A DNA stretch of 64,000 nt from Spirochaetaceae bacterium (GCA_965224705.1 OZ245056.1:896001-960000), one strand, 5' to 3'; numbered from the stretch's first letter, positions 1 through 10,347 are shown. A program made the numbers and translations. Notes: generated from the sequence alone by a model not told the origin.

Positions 1-460
1 GAGCAAGTTTATCGTAATAGAACGAAAAGTTTTCCAGCTTATAATCTTTTTCATACTTAACTAATTCATTTTTGATTTCAGAGATGATTTTTGATTTGTC
101 CTTTTCTGAAGCAAGAATAAAATGGATCTTATTGACGTCCAAGGCTACATGCTCGGTAATTGCTCTGGCTGGAGGAAAAAAAGAACCTTGAATCCTATGT
201 TTATCCAAAAATGGGAAAACATATTTGAAATGATCTGAATAAGCATCATCAAAAGTCAATAAGACCGACTTTTCCGGCAAAGAATAACCATTATCGATGG
301 AATCAATAAGCATTTCCATTTCAATGAAATGATAGTTTTTCTTTAAGTATTCTATCTGCTCATAAAAAAGATGTATATCCAATCCTTTTATGTCTGGATA
401 CCGGCTATGAGCCAAATCTCTAACATAGTGAAACATTACGATCGTTACTTTTCTTTTCAT
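1..460 (-). CDS. Polysaccharide deacetylase family protein (5' part; runs off the window start)
   Basis: Manual translation from ATG at 460: MKRKVTIVMFHYVRDL...LLTFDDAYSDHFKYVFPFLDKHRIQGSFF (NodB-type TFDD motif). ATGA overlap with the upstream gene's stop. Confidence 0.85.
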   Translation of the reverse strand, partial: MKRKVTIVMFHYVRDLAHSRYPDIKGLDIHLFYEQIEYLKKNYHFIEMEMLIDSIDNGYSLPEKSVLLTFDDAYSDHFKYVFPFLDKHRIQGSFFPPARAITEHVALDVNKIHFILASEKDKSKIISEIKNELVKYEKDYKLENFSFYYDKLA

Positions 461-1461
461 TTTCTTCTTATTATGCTTGGTCTATCCTGATCACTATCTC
501 CCTTAAAAACTACATAGTTTGGAGATTTCGATTTGCAGGCGACAAGAATATCAACATTCTCCTGGAGAAAAGGTTCAAAGTAATTTGGGATGATAGTTTC
601 TGAATTTCGCAAGTTGAAACCCCAGCTTGAAAACAGTTTTTCAGGCAGCCCATAATTCAGACAATCCATATACTCTGAATCATGACTCTGCAAAATTGAA
701 ATAATTGATTCATAAATTGAATTTACATCTGTCAGCTCACCCTGTATATCTACAATTCGAATACATGAACTTTCATTAATAACAATTTTTCTAACAACAA
801 AAACAAGTTTCAATGTATTCTTATTGTATGCACCTAATAGCATGTACTTATAGCAGGGATGATTTAGATAACGGTTTTCAATATATTTCCTGCTTTTAAC
901 CGGGTTGAATGAGAAATTTAACTGCTCTACATCCTCAATCGTGATTTCTTTAACAAAAGAGGTGGAAGGTCGTCTGGAAACAAGTGTTTGCTTTTTTTTG
1001 AAATTGGCAATTCTATAGTCTTTAATTCCTGGATTAAGAATAAAATATTGCTTTAAAACACCTGTATCATAACCAAGAATATCATAGATCCTCTTGACCT
1101 CTGCATTAATCCCTATTGATCCAATACTCTGTGGCTGCATTTTCATTTCCAGCCATTTCAGTAAAGCAAAACCAATTCCTGGTTCTGCCCTCTCTTCATC
1201 GACCTTCCAGATTGCCAGCCAGATGTCTGCTGTGCTTCTTAAATTCTCATCAAACCTGGATGTGGGAATGAAACCGAGAACACCTGTTATTTCATTACTA
1301 CCATTTTTGGAAATTACAAAGTTGTAGCCATTCTTAGATTTATGCTGGAAATCCATTATTCTTTTGTCCACAGCCAGAATATGGTTCTTCTTCCATTTCT
1401 CATGGATAAACTTTTGTAATTTGACAAAATCTTTATTTGTGCAGAAGGATATATTTTCCAT
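457..1461 (-). CDS. Hypothetical protein, GNAT-like acyltransferase of a polysaccharide locus
   Basis: 334-aa ORF; WLAIWKVD...PGIGFALL resembles GNAT motif A; operonic with ACP, ligase and reductase. Confidence 0.55.
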   Translation of the reverse strand: MENISFCTNKDFVKLQKFIHEKWKKNHILAVDKRIMDFQHKSKNGYNFVISKNGSNEITGVLGFIPTSRFDENLRSTADIWLAIWKVDEERAEPGIGFALLKWLEMKMQPQSIGSIGINAEVKRIYDILGYDTGVLKQYFILNPGIKDYRIANFKKKQTLVSRRPSTSFVKEITIEDVEQLNFSFNPVKSRKYIENRYLNHPCYKYMLLGAYNKNTLKLVFVVRKIVINESSCIRIVDIQGELTDVNSIYESIISILQSHDSEYMDCLNYGLPEKLFSSWGFNLRNSETIIPNYFEPFLQENVDILVACKSKSPNYVVFKGDSDQDRPSIIRRK

Positions 1462-1471
1462 GGTTTATTTA

Positions 1472-2200
1472 TTAAATCGTTCCATTATCAACATGAACAT
1501 TCTGTCCTGTAATTGATTTTGCTTCATCGGATAGTAAAAACCTGATTGTGTCAGCGGCCGAATTGACATCTACTGGCTGTTTCATCGATGTTCTTTGATA
1601 AATGCGGCTTTTCTGATTGTCAGAAAGTGCTGAACTCATTTCAGTTTCCATAAAACCTGCCACCAAACAATTGGAGCGAATTCCCCTTTCCCCCCATTCA
1701 CGGGCTGTATTTTTTGAAAAAGCCTCCAGTGCACCTTTTGTAGAAGCATACATGGATAAACCTTTATAACCTGTGTGAACACTGATTGATGAAATATGCA
1801 CAATACTCCCCTTAGTACTGTGAAGCAGCATCTGTCTTATAACGAGTTTTGTCAGCATCATGGGAGAGAATACATTTACTCGATACATTTTTTCAAGTGA
1901 AACCAGATTAATATTTGTGATTATATCATCGTATGCCAATGCTGCATTATTGACAAATCCATGAATTGGCGTGTCAAAACCAATCCAGTTTTTGAATACG
2001 GATTGTTTTAAATTTTCTCCGTCGTTTAAATCATACTGCAGCCATTTGAGATTCTCAGGATATTGGAGTGATAGTTTTTTAAGAGTTTCGGTTTTACTGC
2101 GGCTTATGGCATAGATTGCCCAGCCTTTGCTTAATAAAGATTCTGTTGTTTTTAACCCCAGGCCTCTGGAAGCACCTGTTAATAGTATATTCATGCTCAA
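1472..2200 (-). CDS. SDR oxidoreductase, 3-oxoacyl-ACP reductase-like
   Basis: TGASRGLG, NNAA and YASTK motifs. Confidence 0.85.
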   Translation of the reverse strand: MSMNILLTGASRGLGLKTTESLLSKGWAIYAISRSKTETLKKLSLQYPENLKWLQYDLNDGENLKQSVFKNWIGFDTPIHGFVNNAALAYDDIITNINLVSLEKMYRVNVFSPMMLTKLVIRQMLLHSTKGSIVHISSISVHTGYKGLSMYASTKGALEAFSKNTAREWGERGIRSNCLVAGFMETEMSSALSDNQKSRIYQRTSMKQPVDVNSAADTIRFLLSDEAKSITGQNVHVDNGTI

Positions 2201-3426
2201 TTCCTTTTTAACTTACCTGTCCTTGTTGTTGAAAGTTCTTCTACAATCTGGATAACTCTTGGGATTTTGAATTCCTGGATTTTGGATTGTAGATATATGC
2301 GTATAGAGGATTCCGTTATCTGGTTGCTGTCTACAACAACTTCACAGCAGATAATATTCCCAAGTATGGAGTTCTTTTTTGAATACACCCGTACATTTCT
2401 AATATCTGACAATGCTAATATTGCTTCTTCAACTTCAAGCGGATTAACCTTATAACCACCAACATTTATCATCTCGTTTTTGCGGCTCACAAAACGAAAT
2501 TTCAGTGGCTTTCGGGAAACAATTTCAATCAGGTCACCAGTATTGTACCATTCTTCAATATTGGTGTCGGAGTTTCCCATTAAAGAATTGTGAACTAGAA
2601 GTTCATTGTCCCTGATTCTGATCAAATGTTCATACTCAGTTCGAACACTGAAAATGTCATTTCGTGAAGCAAGAAGGGTTCCTGCTTCTGTTGAAGCATA
2701 AACATTGGTTATTCCGGCATTTGGAAAGATCTTTTTCAGTTGATTAAAAGTCTTTTCATTGAATCTCTCACCGCCTGAAGTGATTTTTTCTACAGAGGGA
2801 AACGCTTCATCACAGGGCAGCAGGAGCCTGTAAAAAGTTGGGGTAGCCGAAATATGCGTTATACTGTTATTTCTAATCTCGTTATAAATCTCGTCAGTGT
2901 TAAATCCAAATAGACGAATGATAGAGTTTCCATTCAGCAATGCCTGAAAGAAAACCTGAATTCCAGCCATATGAGTGGGGTTATAGGCAAATCCCCAGAT
3001 ACTCTTTCTATTGTGCTCTGAAATTCTTACAAATCTTGTAATTGATTTAAAATCATGGCTGACCTTTTTGGGAGTACCAGTTGTTCCCGATGTAAACAAT
3101 GTTATTTTCCAATTCTCAGGGGGAGGACTGAACTTTTCAATTAGTTCCTGTTCGCTGGATATAGTTGAAACTGTGCCCCTGTCAATTGGTTTAGTGAATT
3201 CATCGTATTCAGAATGACCGGTAAGATTTATTAATTCAGAGTCAGTAAAGTCCGAATCAAGAAGAATTACTTCTTCGTCTATCAGCAACGATAGAATTAT
3301 ATGTTTAAAAACGGTGTAATAATCATCAGACTTACAATAGGGATTGTATGTGGAGGTACTGTTGAGATCATCAATCAGAGAACCCCATGTAACAAGTCTG
3401 TTGTTATCAGTATCTTTGAGAAACGT
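2197..3426 (-). CDS. AMP-binding (acyl-adenylate-forming) acyl-ACP/CoA ligase; start uncertain (ACG at 3426 or TTG at 3288)
   Basis: FTSGTTGTPK, YASTE, TGD and RTGK adenylation motifs; the reading frame stays open upstream to the ACP stop. Confidence 0.8.
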   Translation of the reverse strand, partial: TFLKDTDNNRLVTWGSLIDDLNSTSTYNPYCKSDDYYTVFKHIILSLLIDEEVILLDSDFTDSELINLTGHSEYDEFTKPIDRGTVSTISSEQELIEKFSPPPENWKITLFTSGTTGTPKKVSHDFKSITRFVRISEHNRKSIWGFAYNPTHMAGIQVFFQALLNGNSIIRLFGFNTDEIYNEIRNNSITHISATPTFYRLLLPCDEAFPSVEKITSGGERFNEKTFNQLKKIFPNAGITNVYASTEAGTLLASRNDIFSVRTEYEHLIRIRDNELLVHNSLMGNSDTNIEEWYNTGDLIEIVSRKPLKFRFVSRKNEMINVGGYKVNPLEVEEAILALSDIRNVRVYSKKNSILGNIICCEVVVDSNQITESSIRIYLQSKIQEFKIPRVIQIVEELSTTRTGKLKRN

Positions 3427-3435
3427 ATTCCTTCC

Positions 3436-3663
3436 TCACTTGTTTTCCAGTCTATTGAGAATTTCTCCCACGGAGTTTATGATTCCATTTTCAAAAATGT
3501 CAATGTCATACTCTGCTTCAATTCGCACTGTCAGTTCAGCTAAATCAAGGGAATCAAATCCAATGTCATTTCTCAGGTGCATCTCAGGGGTTATTGATGT
3601 CAACTTCTCTTTTCCCCTGTTTTCGAGGACTGTGTTCATTATTTTTAAAATCTTTTCCTGCAT
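3436..3663 (-). CDS. Acyl carrier protein
   Basis: GFDSLDLAEL phosphopantetheine site; small and acidic; start at ATG 3663 is inferred. Confidence 0.85.
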   Translation of the reverse strand: MQEKILKIMNTVLENRGKEKLTSITPEMHLRNDIGFDSLDLAELTVRIEAEYDIDIFENGIINSVGEILNRLENK

Positions 3664-3859
3664 TTTGATATCCCGCCGGACATTTCTCATTTTCAAATAG
3701 TATAAATACTTATGATATAAATAAAAAACAGGTTTGTCAAGAAGAACTCAAAATTTCCTTATCGAGAAGCAGGCTTCTCAATCGCAGGATGAGAGCATTA
3801 AACCTGATCTCCATACCTATCTCTGTTGTTCTCGATCCCTTGAAATGCTATAGTAGCCT

Positions 3860-4735
3860 ATGTCAAACATAATGACTGTTAAACAACTCTACAAAAGCTA
3901 CGGTCAGATCACCGCTGTTGACGGTATAGATATTGACATTGAAGAGGGAAGCTGTTTCGGACTTCTCGGACCGAATGGTGCGGGAAAAACAACAACAATA
4001 GAAATGATGGAAGGTATATTGAAGCCGGATGAGGGTGATATCCTTTTTCGGGGAAACCCCATCGATAAGCAGTTCAAAAAGAACGTTGGGATACAGTTTC
4101 AATCAACTGCACTTCCAGAATACATAACAGTAAAAGAAACGCTGGATCTTTTTTCTGCTTTTTATCCCCATCCTCGTTCGATGGATGAGACAATCGAGTT
4201 GTGTTCCCTGTCCGACATCCTTACACGGGATAACCGGAAACTCTCCGGCGGACAGAGGCAGCGGATGCTTCTTGGCCTTGCTATTATCCCCCAGCCTGAA
4301 ATCATCTTCCTTGATGAACCGACAACCGGTCTTGACCCGGCAGCAAGGAGGAATTTCTGGAAATTGATCAATAAGATCAAAGCTGAAAACAAAACCATTC
4401 TGCTGACCACTCACTATATGGAAGAGGCGGGAATCCTCTGTGATAGAATCGCCATAATGGATCACGGCAGGATACTTGAATGCGATACTCCAGACAAACT
4501 GCTTGACAAGCATTTTGAAGGAGTCCTTGTGAAACTTCCCCGGGCTGGCAAAGATCCGGCCGAGTTATCAGGGTACAATGTTATCGGAGATACAATTGAA
4601 ATTCAGACGAACAATCTTGAGGATACTCTGAAGAAATTGATCAATGGGGGGTATCAGACTGATGGCCTTTCAATTCACAAACCCGACCTGGAAGATTTAT
4701 TTATAAAGCTTACAGGTTCCTCCCTGAGATCATAG
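3860..4735 (+). CDS. ABC-2 type exporter, ATP-binding subunit
   Basis: GPNGAGKTT, LSGGQ and FLDEPTTGLD motifs. Confidence 0.92.
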   Translation: MSNIMTVKQLYKSYGQITAVDGIDIDIEEGSCFGLLGPNGAGKTTTIEMMEGILKPDEGDILFRGNPIDKQFKKNVGIQFQSTALPEYITVKETLDLFSAFYPHPRSMDETIELCSLSDILTRDNRKLSGGQRQRMLLGLAIIPQPEIIFLDEPTTGLDPAARRNFWKLINKIKAENKTILLTTHYMEEAGILCDRIAIMDHGRILECDTPDKLLDKHFEGVLVKLPRAGKDPAELSGYNVIGDTIEIQTNNLEDTLKKLINGGYQTDGLSIHKPDLEDLFIKLTGSSLRS

Positions 4736-4744
4736 GAGATAATC

Positions 4745-5770
4745 GTGAAACAATTCATGGCAATGGTCAAAGCCCGATCGATGGAATTTGTTCGCGACCG
4801 GGGAACATTCTTCTGGAATCTTATTTTTCCGATCATAATGATAACAGGTTTTTCGTTTGCCTTTTCAGACGATAAGGATACAATGTTCAAGGTCGGAGTA
4901 ATCGGTGATATTCCTGCCCCCGAAGAGATGGCGTTTCTTCAGATACAATCAATTGATTTCATTGATTACACACTGGAAAAGAATTTTCTTCCCAAAGACG
5001 AGATTCTTGAACGTCTTCGATTTCATCAAATTGATATGTTGATAGATTTTTCCACGAATGAGTATTTCATCAACGAACAATCCCCCAGGACGGAGGTGTT
5101 GAATGCTCTCATCCGTATCCCCGATCCAGGCACTCAGAGAGTTTTAAAGAAACAGCAGGTTTCCGGTAGGGCAATACGCTATGTCGACTGGCTGGTCCCC
5201 GGAGTTATTGGTATGAATATGATGTTCTCCTGTCTGTTCGGAGTCGGTTTTGTGATCGTCCGCTACCGAAAAAACGGTGTATTAAAACGGCTCAAAGCCA
5301 CTCCCGTCACTCCCTTCAACTTCATTTCAGCCCAGATAGCATCCCGTTACATCATCGTCATATTTACTTCCATCCTTGTGTACTGCGGGACAAATCTCTT
5401 TTTGAAATTCATGATGCAGGGATCGTATCTGAATCTTATTCTTGTAACATCCCTGGCAATCATCTGCATGATAGCTCTGGGATTGCTCTTTGCAGCGCGT
5501 TTTAAGAGTGAAGAGCTTACGAGCGGCATCATGAATGTGGTGATATTCCCCATGATGATATTCTCAGGAGTATTCTTTTCACTGGAGGGAACTCCGGAAA
5601 TCCTGCAGAAGATATCCCGCATCATTCCCCTGACTCATTATATCGAAGCATCCCGGAGCATCATGCTTGAAGGGGAGGGATTGCTGGCCATAATGCCCAA
5701 TATATTGGTTCTGGGTAGTATGACACTGGCATTTCTTCTAACTGCGAGCCTCCTTTTCAAATGGGATTAA
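4745..5770 (+). CDS. ABC-2 type exporter, permease
   Basis: One N-terminal TM segment plus a C-terminal TM bundle; GVLKRLKATP and IPLTH motifs; GGAG SD. Confidence 0.9.
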   Translation: MKQFMAMVKARSMEFVRDRGTFFWNLIFPIIMITGFSFAFSDDKDTMFKVGVIGDIPAPEEMAFLQIQSIDFIDYTLEKNFLPKDEILERLRFHQIDMLIDFSTNEYFINEQSPRTEVLNALIRIPDPGTQRVLKKQQVSGRAIRYVDWLVPGVIGMNMMFSCLFGVGFVIVRYRKNGVLKRLKATPVTPFNFISAQIASRYIIVIFTSILVYCGTNLFLKFMMQGSYLNLILVTSLAIICMIALGLLFAARFKSEELTSGIMNVVIFPMMIFSGVFFSLEGTPEILQKISRIIPLTHYIEASRSIMLEGEGLLAIMPNILVLGSMTLAFLLTASLLFKWD

Positions 5771-5841
5771 GAATGACCGGATGAGGAACTCAATGTATCC
5801 GATGATTGACGGCAGAACCGGCTTCAATGATGACCAGCCGT

Positions 5842-6963
5842 TCACTGCCTGTCGGCAGACAGCCCATTCTTCAAATATCCCCCGAGGGTAGTGAGAAGGG
5901 AGGAAAGCTCATGCACTCTCCGGGAGAAGATGAATTCAATACCAAGATAGTGGGAAAGGCCCATCAGGAAGTTGGCCGTGGTGCCCGCTGTCCGAAGATC
6001 TCCCAGGGAAAGATTTTTTCTGTAACCAATTTCAAAGCGATTATAGTAATTCTGTCTTTCTGAAACAAACTCAGACTGCCTCACAATGGAATAGAACTCC
6101 TGCCGGGCCATGAAGTATCGGGCGAAATAACCCATCCCCATAACCTCATGAAAAAGACGATCTGGTGTGGAGCCGAGTTTCTTCTTTAAAAAATAGCGGA
6201 TTGAATGACTGATCACCTGAACCAGATAATCAAGGAAGCGGTCCTTTGTAATGAAATACTGATAGAATGTTCCCACTGACAATCCTGCCTTGAGGCAGAT
6301 CTCCGATACTCCCACGGCATGGAATCCTCGTTCTCCAAAGAGTTCCATTCCGGCTTCAGCCAGTTTCACCTTGGAGGGAGGAGCATCTTTGAAGTCAAGA
6401 GGAGCATCTGAAGGGCCAGGATCTGGATTCTCCGGCACTGTTCCATCTTCGAAAACACCGTGAAGGATGAGTTTTGCCAGGCAGGCCTCGTCTACTTCAA
6501 TAGAATCATAGATCCCCCGGGTTGCCAGAAAGCGGGTTCCTGAAACGGCATAGAGATATTCAGCCTCATTTAATGGACGTCGAAAGACCCTGCTCAGGGT
6601 TTTCATATAGAGGCTCTGGAGTTTTTCCTCCAATTCCAGGTAGTGATACTGACCTTCCCGGAATACCGAAACCTCACGGCTATAGTTTCGCGCCAGACCC
6701 ACTGTGATGGAAATGAAATCTTTCAAGTCAGATTCCAGTTCGCCGAAACGTCCTGTCACCGATAACTCGTCGGCCATTCTGTCCAGAAACTCCCAGTTGA
6801 TTTCCTTAAAAAGTTCCTCTTTGTTCTTAAAATACCTGTAAAAAATACCATTGGATAACTCAGCCCTACGGCAGATTTCAGCCACGGAAACGGTTTCGTA
6901 CCAGTTGTCACTAAACAGGATGAGGGCAGTATTCAGTAGTTTTTTTCGTGTGTCCGCTGCCAT
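5842..6963 (-). CDS. TetR/AcrR family regulator with two tandem TetR modules
   Basis: Two HTH motifs: VSVAEICRRAELSNGIFYRYF and VGVSEICLKAGLSVGTFYQYF. Confidence 0.9.
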   Translation of the reverse strand: MAADTRKKLLNTALILFSDNWYETVSVAEICRRAELSNGIFYRYFKNKEELFKEINWEFLDRMADELSVTGRFGELESDLKDFISITVGLARNYSREVSVFREGQYHYLELEEKLQSLYMKTLSRVFRRPLNEAEYLYAVSGTRFLATRGIYDSIEVDEACLAKLILHGVFEDGTVPENPDPGPSDAPLDFKDAPPSKVKLAEAGMELFGERGFHAVGVSEICLKAGLSVGTFYQYFITKDRFLDYLVQVISHSIRYFLKKKLGSTPDRLFHEVMGMGYFARYFMARQEFYSIVRQSEFVSERQNYYNRFEIGYRKNLSLGDLRTAGTTANFLMGLSHYLGIEFIFSRRVHELSSLLTTLGGYLKNGLSADRQ

Positions 6964-6967
6964 CCTG

Positions 6968-7744
6968 TCAATTCAAGAAATTTTCAAGATTCTGCAGAAA
7001 TTGCCGGGGATTTTCCACCATTGGGGAATGCCCTGTCCCGGAAAGTTCAACATAATCGGCTCCCAGATGAGATGCTGTCCTTTCGCACATATCCCGGGTT
7101 ATCAGAACATCCTGCTCTCCACGGAGGATGAGGGTTGGGTATTCAAGACGGCCGAGTCGCTCTCGAAAGTCTGCTTTCTCAAGTTCTACAATATGCCCGA
7201 TAAAGGCGTCATGATGCATCTTCGTTCCGGCTGTAACCAGTTCATCCAGTCGTTCGGCATTGTTCAATGTGGGCATCACTCTGGACATGGCATCCTTCAG
7301 CAACTCTCTGTCCTCCCTGTAGGCTTCAATGACAGGGTAACGCTCTCGAGGCGTCTTCAAACCTTCAATGGGTCCCGGAGCGACAAGAACGAGTTTTTCC
7401 ATGCGTAAGAGGTTACGGGAGGCCAGTTCCATGGCTGTTACTCCACCCAGGCTGTGGCCGACAACGATAAGGGGCGGTGTCCCGGCTGTTATATTTAAGG
7501 CTGCTGTGAACTCCTCCAGAATTGTGGCATATCCAGCAATGGAGAAGTCTCCGGAGGAATACGACTGGCCGAAGTTCGGCAGATCGGGGGCCACTGTACG
7601 ATATCCCGGCACATGCATCACCTGGCGAAACCAGAGACTGCAGGCCAAATTGCCGTGAATGTACAGGAGCAATGGTGCCCCCTCATCTCCACTGGCAAGG
7701 CAGTGAATCTGTCCGCCGCTGACATGAATTTCAAATTCTTCCAT
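6968..7744 (-). CDS. Alpha/beta hydrolase (esterase/depolymerase-like)
   Basis: IHGN oxyanion loop, GHSLGG nucleophile elbow, Asp in GEQD, His in GHSPM. Confidence 0.9.
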   Translation of the reverse strand: MEEFEIHVSGGQIHCLASGDEGAPLLLYIHGNLACSLWFRQVMHVPGYRTVAPDLPNFGQSYSSGDFSIAGYATILEEFTAALNITAGTPPLIVVGHSLGGVTAMELASRNLLRMEKLVLVAPGPIEGLKTPRERYPVIEAYREDRELLKDAMSRVMPTLNNAERLDELVTAGTKMHHDAFIGHIVELEKADFRERLGRLEYPTLILRGEQDVLITRDMCERTASHLGADYVELSGTGHSPMVENPRQFLQNLENFLN

Positions 7745-8949
7745 CAGACTCTTTTCAAAGCCACTGCGGTGCCCATACCACCTCCAGCACAGAGGGCGGC
7801 CAGGCCGTGATCCTCTCCTCTTTTCATCATCTCATGGAGAAGCGTTACTATGATTCTGGCACCAGAAGCACCCAGAGGATGCCCCAGAGCAATCGCCCCT
7901 CCATTCACGTTGCACCGCTCGAGAATTGCCTCTTCCCCCTCTCCATGTTCAATGGTCAGTTCCTTAATCACTCCCAGAGCCTGGGCTGCGAAAGCTTCGT
8001 TAAGTTCGATAAGACCGAATGATGAGAGTTTGAGCCCTGTGGAATTGGTGAGTTTTGCGATGGCCGGAACCGGTCCAAGACCCATGATTTCCGGAGCGAT
8101 TCCAGCCTGGGCTGCCGCTTCAATTTCCGCCATAGGATTGAGACCTAATTTCTGAACAGCGGATTCGGATGCGATGATAAGAATGGCCGCACCATCATTG
8201 ATTCCCGAGGAGTTTCCTGCCGTTACAGTGCCGTCTTTCTTGAAGGCAGGCCGCAGTTTGGCGAGAGTTTCTTCAGAGGTATCCGGACGAAGATGTTCAT
8301 CTTCGGAAAAAACTGAGGTTTTACGGCGCTGCTGTACTTCCACGGGAACAATTTCATCAGAAAACTTTCCGGCATCAACTGCGGCTGACGCTTTTTTTTG
8401 ACTCCCCAATGCAAAGACATCCTGGGCCCTTCGGGAGATTGTATGCTTCTCGGCCACATTTTCAGCGGTTACACCCATGTGATAGCCGTTGAATACATCA
8501 GTCAGTGAATCAGCAATCATGGAATCGGAGGCCTCAAATCCTCCGAGTTTGTTTCCCCATCGAGTGGAAGGCGGAAGTGTGAAGGGTGCCGCACTCATGT
8601 TTTCCATGCCTCCAGCCACAATAATGTCGGCCTCTCCGGCCAGGATACTGGCACGGGCCGTCATCACTGATTTCATACCGCTTGAGCAGAGGATATTCAG
8701 GGTATAACCTGGTTTCGTTTCGGGAATTCCAGCTTTCATAGAGGCCTGTCTGCCGGGTCCCATGCCCACAGCCCCCTGTATCACGTGGCCAAGTACAGTG
8801 TAATCCACCATGTCCGGCTTGATTCCGGCATCCGCCAGGGCCGCCCTGATAACCACGGCAGCGATGTCCGGGGCCGGGGTGTCCTTTAAACTCCCGCCAA
8901 AAGATCCAATAGCCGAACGTTTAGCGGCAACAACATAAACTTTTTGCAT
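7744..8949 (-). CDS. Acetyl-CoA C-acetyltransferase (thiolase)
   Basis: NILCSSGM, NEAFAAQ, GGAIALGHPLGASG and LCAGGGMG motifs. Confidence 0.95.
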   Translation of the reverse strand: MQKVYVVAAKRSAIGSFGGSLKDTPAPDIAAVVIRAALADAGIKPDMVDYTVLGHVIQGAVGMGPGRQASMKAGIPETKPGYTLNILCSSGMKSVMTARASILAGEADIIVAGGMENMSAAPFTLPPSTRWGNKLGGFEASDSMIADSLTDVFNGYHMGVTAENVAEKHTISRRAQDVFALGSQKKASAAVDAGKFSDEIVPVEVQQRRKTSVFSEDEHLRPDTSEETLAKLRPAFKKDGTVTAGNSSGINDGAAILIIASESAVQKLGLNPMAEIEAAAQAGIAPEIMGLGPVPAIAKLTNSTGLKLSSFGLIELNEAFAAQALGVIKELTIEHGEGEEAILERCNVNGGAIALGHPLGASGARIIVTLLHEMMKRGEDHGLAALCAGGGMGTAVALKRV

Positions 8950-8958
8950 AGAAACCTC

Positions 8959-10278
8959 CTAATGCATGTATCCGATTTTTTTAGCCTCAGCTTCGAGTTG
9001 ATCCCGAAAATCCGGATGGGCGATGGAAATCAGTTTGTGTGCCCTCTCGGTTACAGTTCGTCCCCGAAGCTGTACGGCTCCGTACTCTGTGGCCACCCAG
9101 TCCAGATCCTGTCGAGGAATACTGATCATGCTTCCCGATGTCAGAACAGGAACAATGGTGGAAACCATTCCTTTTTTTGCCGTGGATTTCAGAGCGATGA
9201 TGCCCTTCCCTCCATCAGAAATCTGAGCTCCCCGATGAGTATCCAGTTGACCACCGGTTCCCGAGTACTGAATTGGTCCAATGGCTTCAGAACTCACCTG
9301 TCCGGTGAGATCGATGGACATGGCGGTGTTAATGCTGATCATCCGATTGTTTTTCGCAATGACTTCCGGTTTGTTCACATAACTGCCCCGGAGAATGAAT
9401 ACTCCGGGATTGTTGTCCATCCAGTCGTACATCCGCTGGGAACCCAGGGCGAAGGTGCAGATGAATTTCCCAGGCCAGAGCTCTTTGTTCCTGTTGGTTA
9501 TACTGCCGCCTTCAAAAAGATCAATCATGCTCTCGGCGAACATCTCCGTGTGAACACCCAGATCCTTCTTGTCCTTGAGGAGCAGGGCAACGGCGTTGGG
9601 TATTTTGCCTATGCCTATCTGCAAGGTTGCCCCGTTGGGAACCAGGTCAGCAATGTGGGAAGCAATCTGGTTTTCAATTTTTCCAGGCTGTGCCAGTGGA
9701 ATGGTCGGGAGCTGCTGACTGTGTTCCACTGCAAAATCCACCTGACTGATGTGAACCTGGGTGTCTCCATGGATCCAGGGAACCTGGTCATTGACCTCCA
9801 TCACCACAGTGTCCGCCGCTTCAATCACATCCATTTCATACACATTGGAGAGTCCAATATTGAAGTAACCTGTCTTCTCCTGCATGGGTGTGGAGGGCCC
9901 CCAGAAGGTGATATGAACTCCTTCATCCTTGAGAGCCTTGATTTTATTCACTCCCGCCTGATGAAGGTTGTTGGGAATAAAGGTAACCAGATCATAACCC
10001 TTTTCAGCTGCCATTCGGTTGGATGGGCCATAGAACCAGTTTTCGTTGAGAAAAAGACCTTCATACTTCGGATCCTCACAGAAGGGATAGCCGGTCAGGT
10101 TGAGACAGCTGATGATTCTCAAGAACTCGAAGTGATCCGCATACTCGTGGACCCTGGACATGAAGCCCTGAGTTTCCATGGAGGCCATGGACATGATGAC
10201 CACACCTTTTTTCGGCAGGCGTACCATCGCTTCATCCATGGTCAGTTTTTTCTCCCAGTACCGGGATTTCCAACTCAT
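8959..10278 (-). CDS. Acetyl-CoA hydrolase/transferase family (4-hydroxybutyrate CoA-transferase-like)
   Basis: TLQIGIGKIP, GVHTEM, SGTGGQLD and LISIAHPDFR motifs. Confidence 0.9.
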   Translation of the reverse strand: MSWKSRYWEKKLTMDEAMVRLPKKGVVIMSMASMETQGFMSRVHEYADHFEFLRIISCLNLTGYPFCEDPKYEGLFLNENWFYGPSNRMAAEKGYDLVTFIPNNLHQAGVNKIKALKDEGVHITFWGPSTPMQEKTGYFNIGLSNVYEMDVIEAADTVVMEVNDQVPWIHGDTQVHISQVDFAVEHSQQLPTIPLAQPGKIENQIASHIADLVPNGATLQIGIGKIPNAVALLLKDKKDLGVHTEMFAESMIDLFEGGSITNRNKELWPGKFICTFALGSQRMYDWMDNNPGVFILRGSYVNKPEVIAKNNRMISINTAMSIDLTGQVSSEAIGPIQYSGTGGQLDTHRGAQISDGGKGIIALKSTAKKGMVSTIVPVLTSGSMISIPRQDLDWVATEYGAVQLRGRTVTERAHKLISIAHPDFRDQLEAEAKKIGYMH

Positions 10279-10347
10279 TTGCAGCTCCTTGTTAGCCTCT
10301 TTCCGACCAGACGAATATCCAGTGACGACAGCAGGCAGCGAGTCTAT

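Noticed and set aside
3436..3438. Selenocysteine recoding of the in-frame TGA between ACP and ligase
   Set aside because: No SECIS-like hairpin evident and no catalytic rationale; the ACP is complete at this stop.
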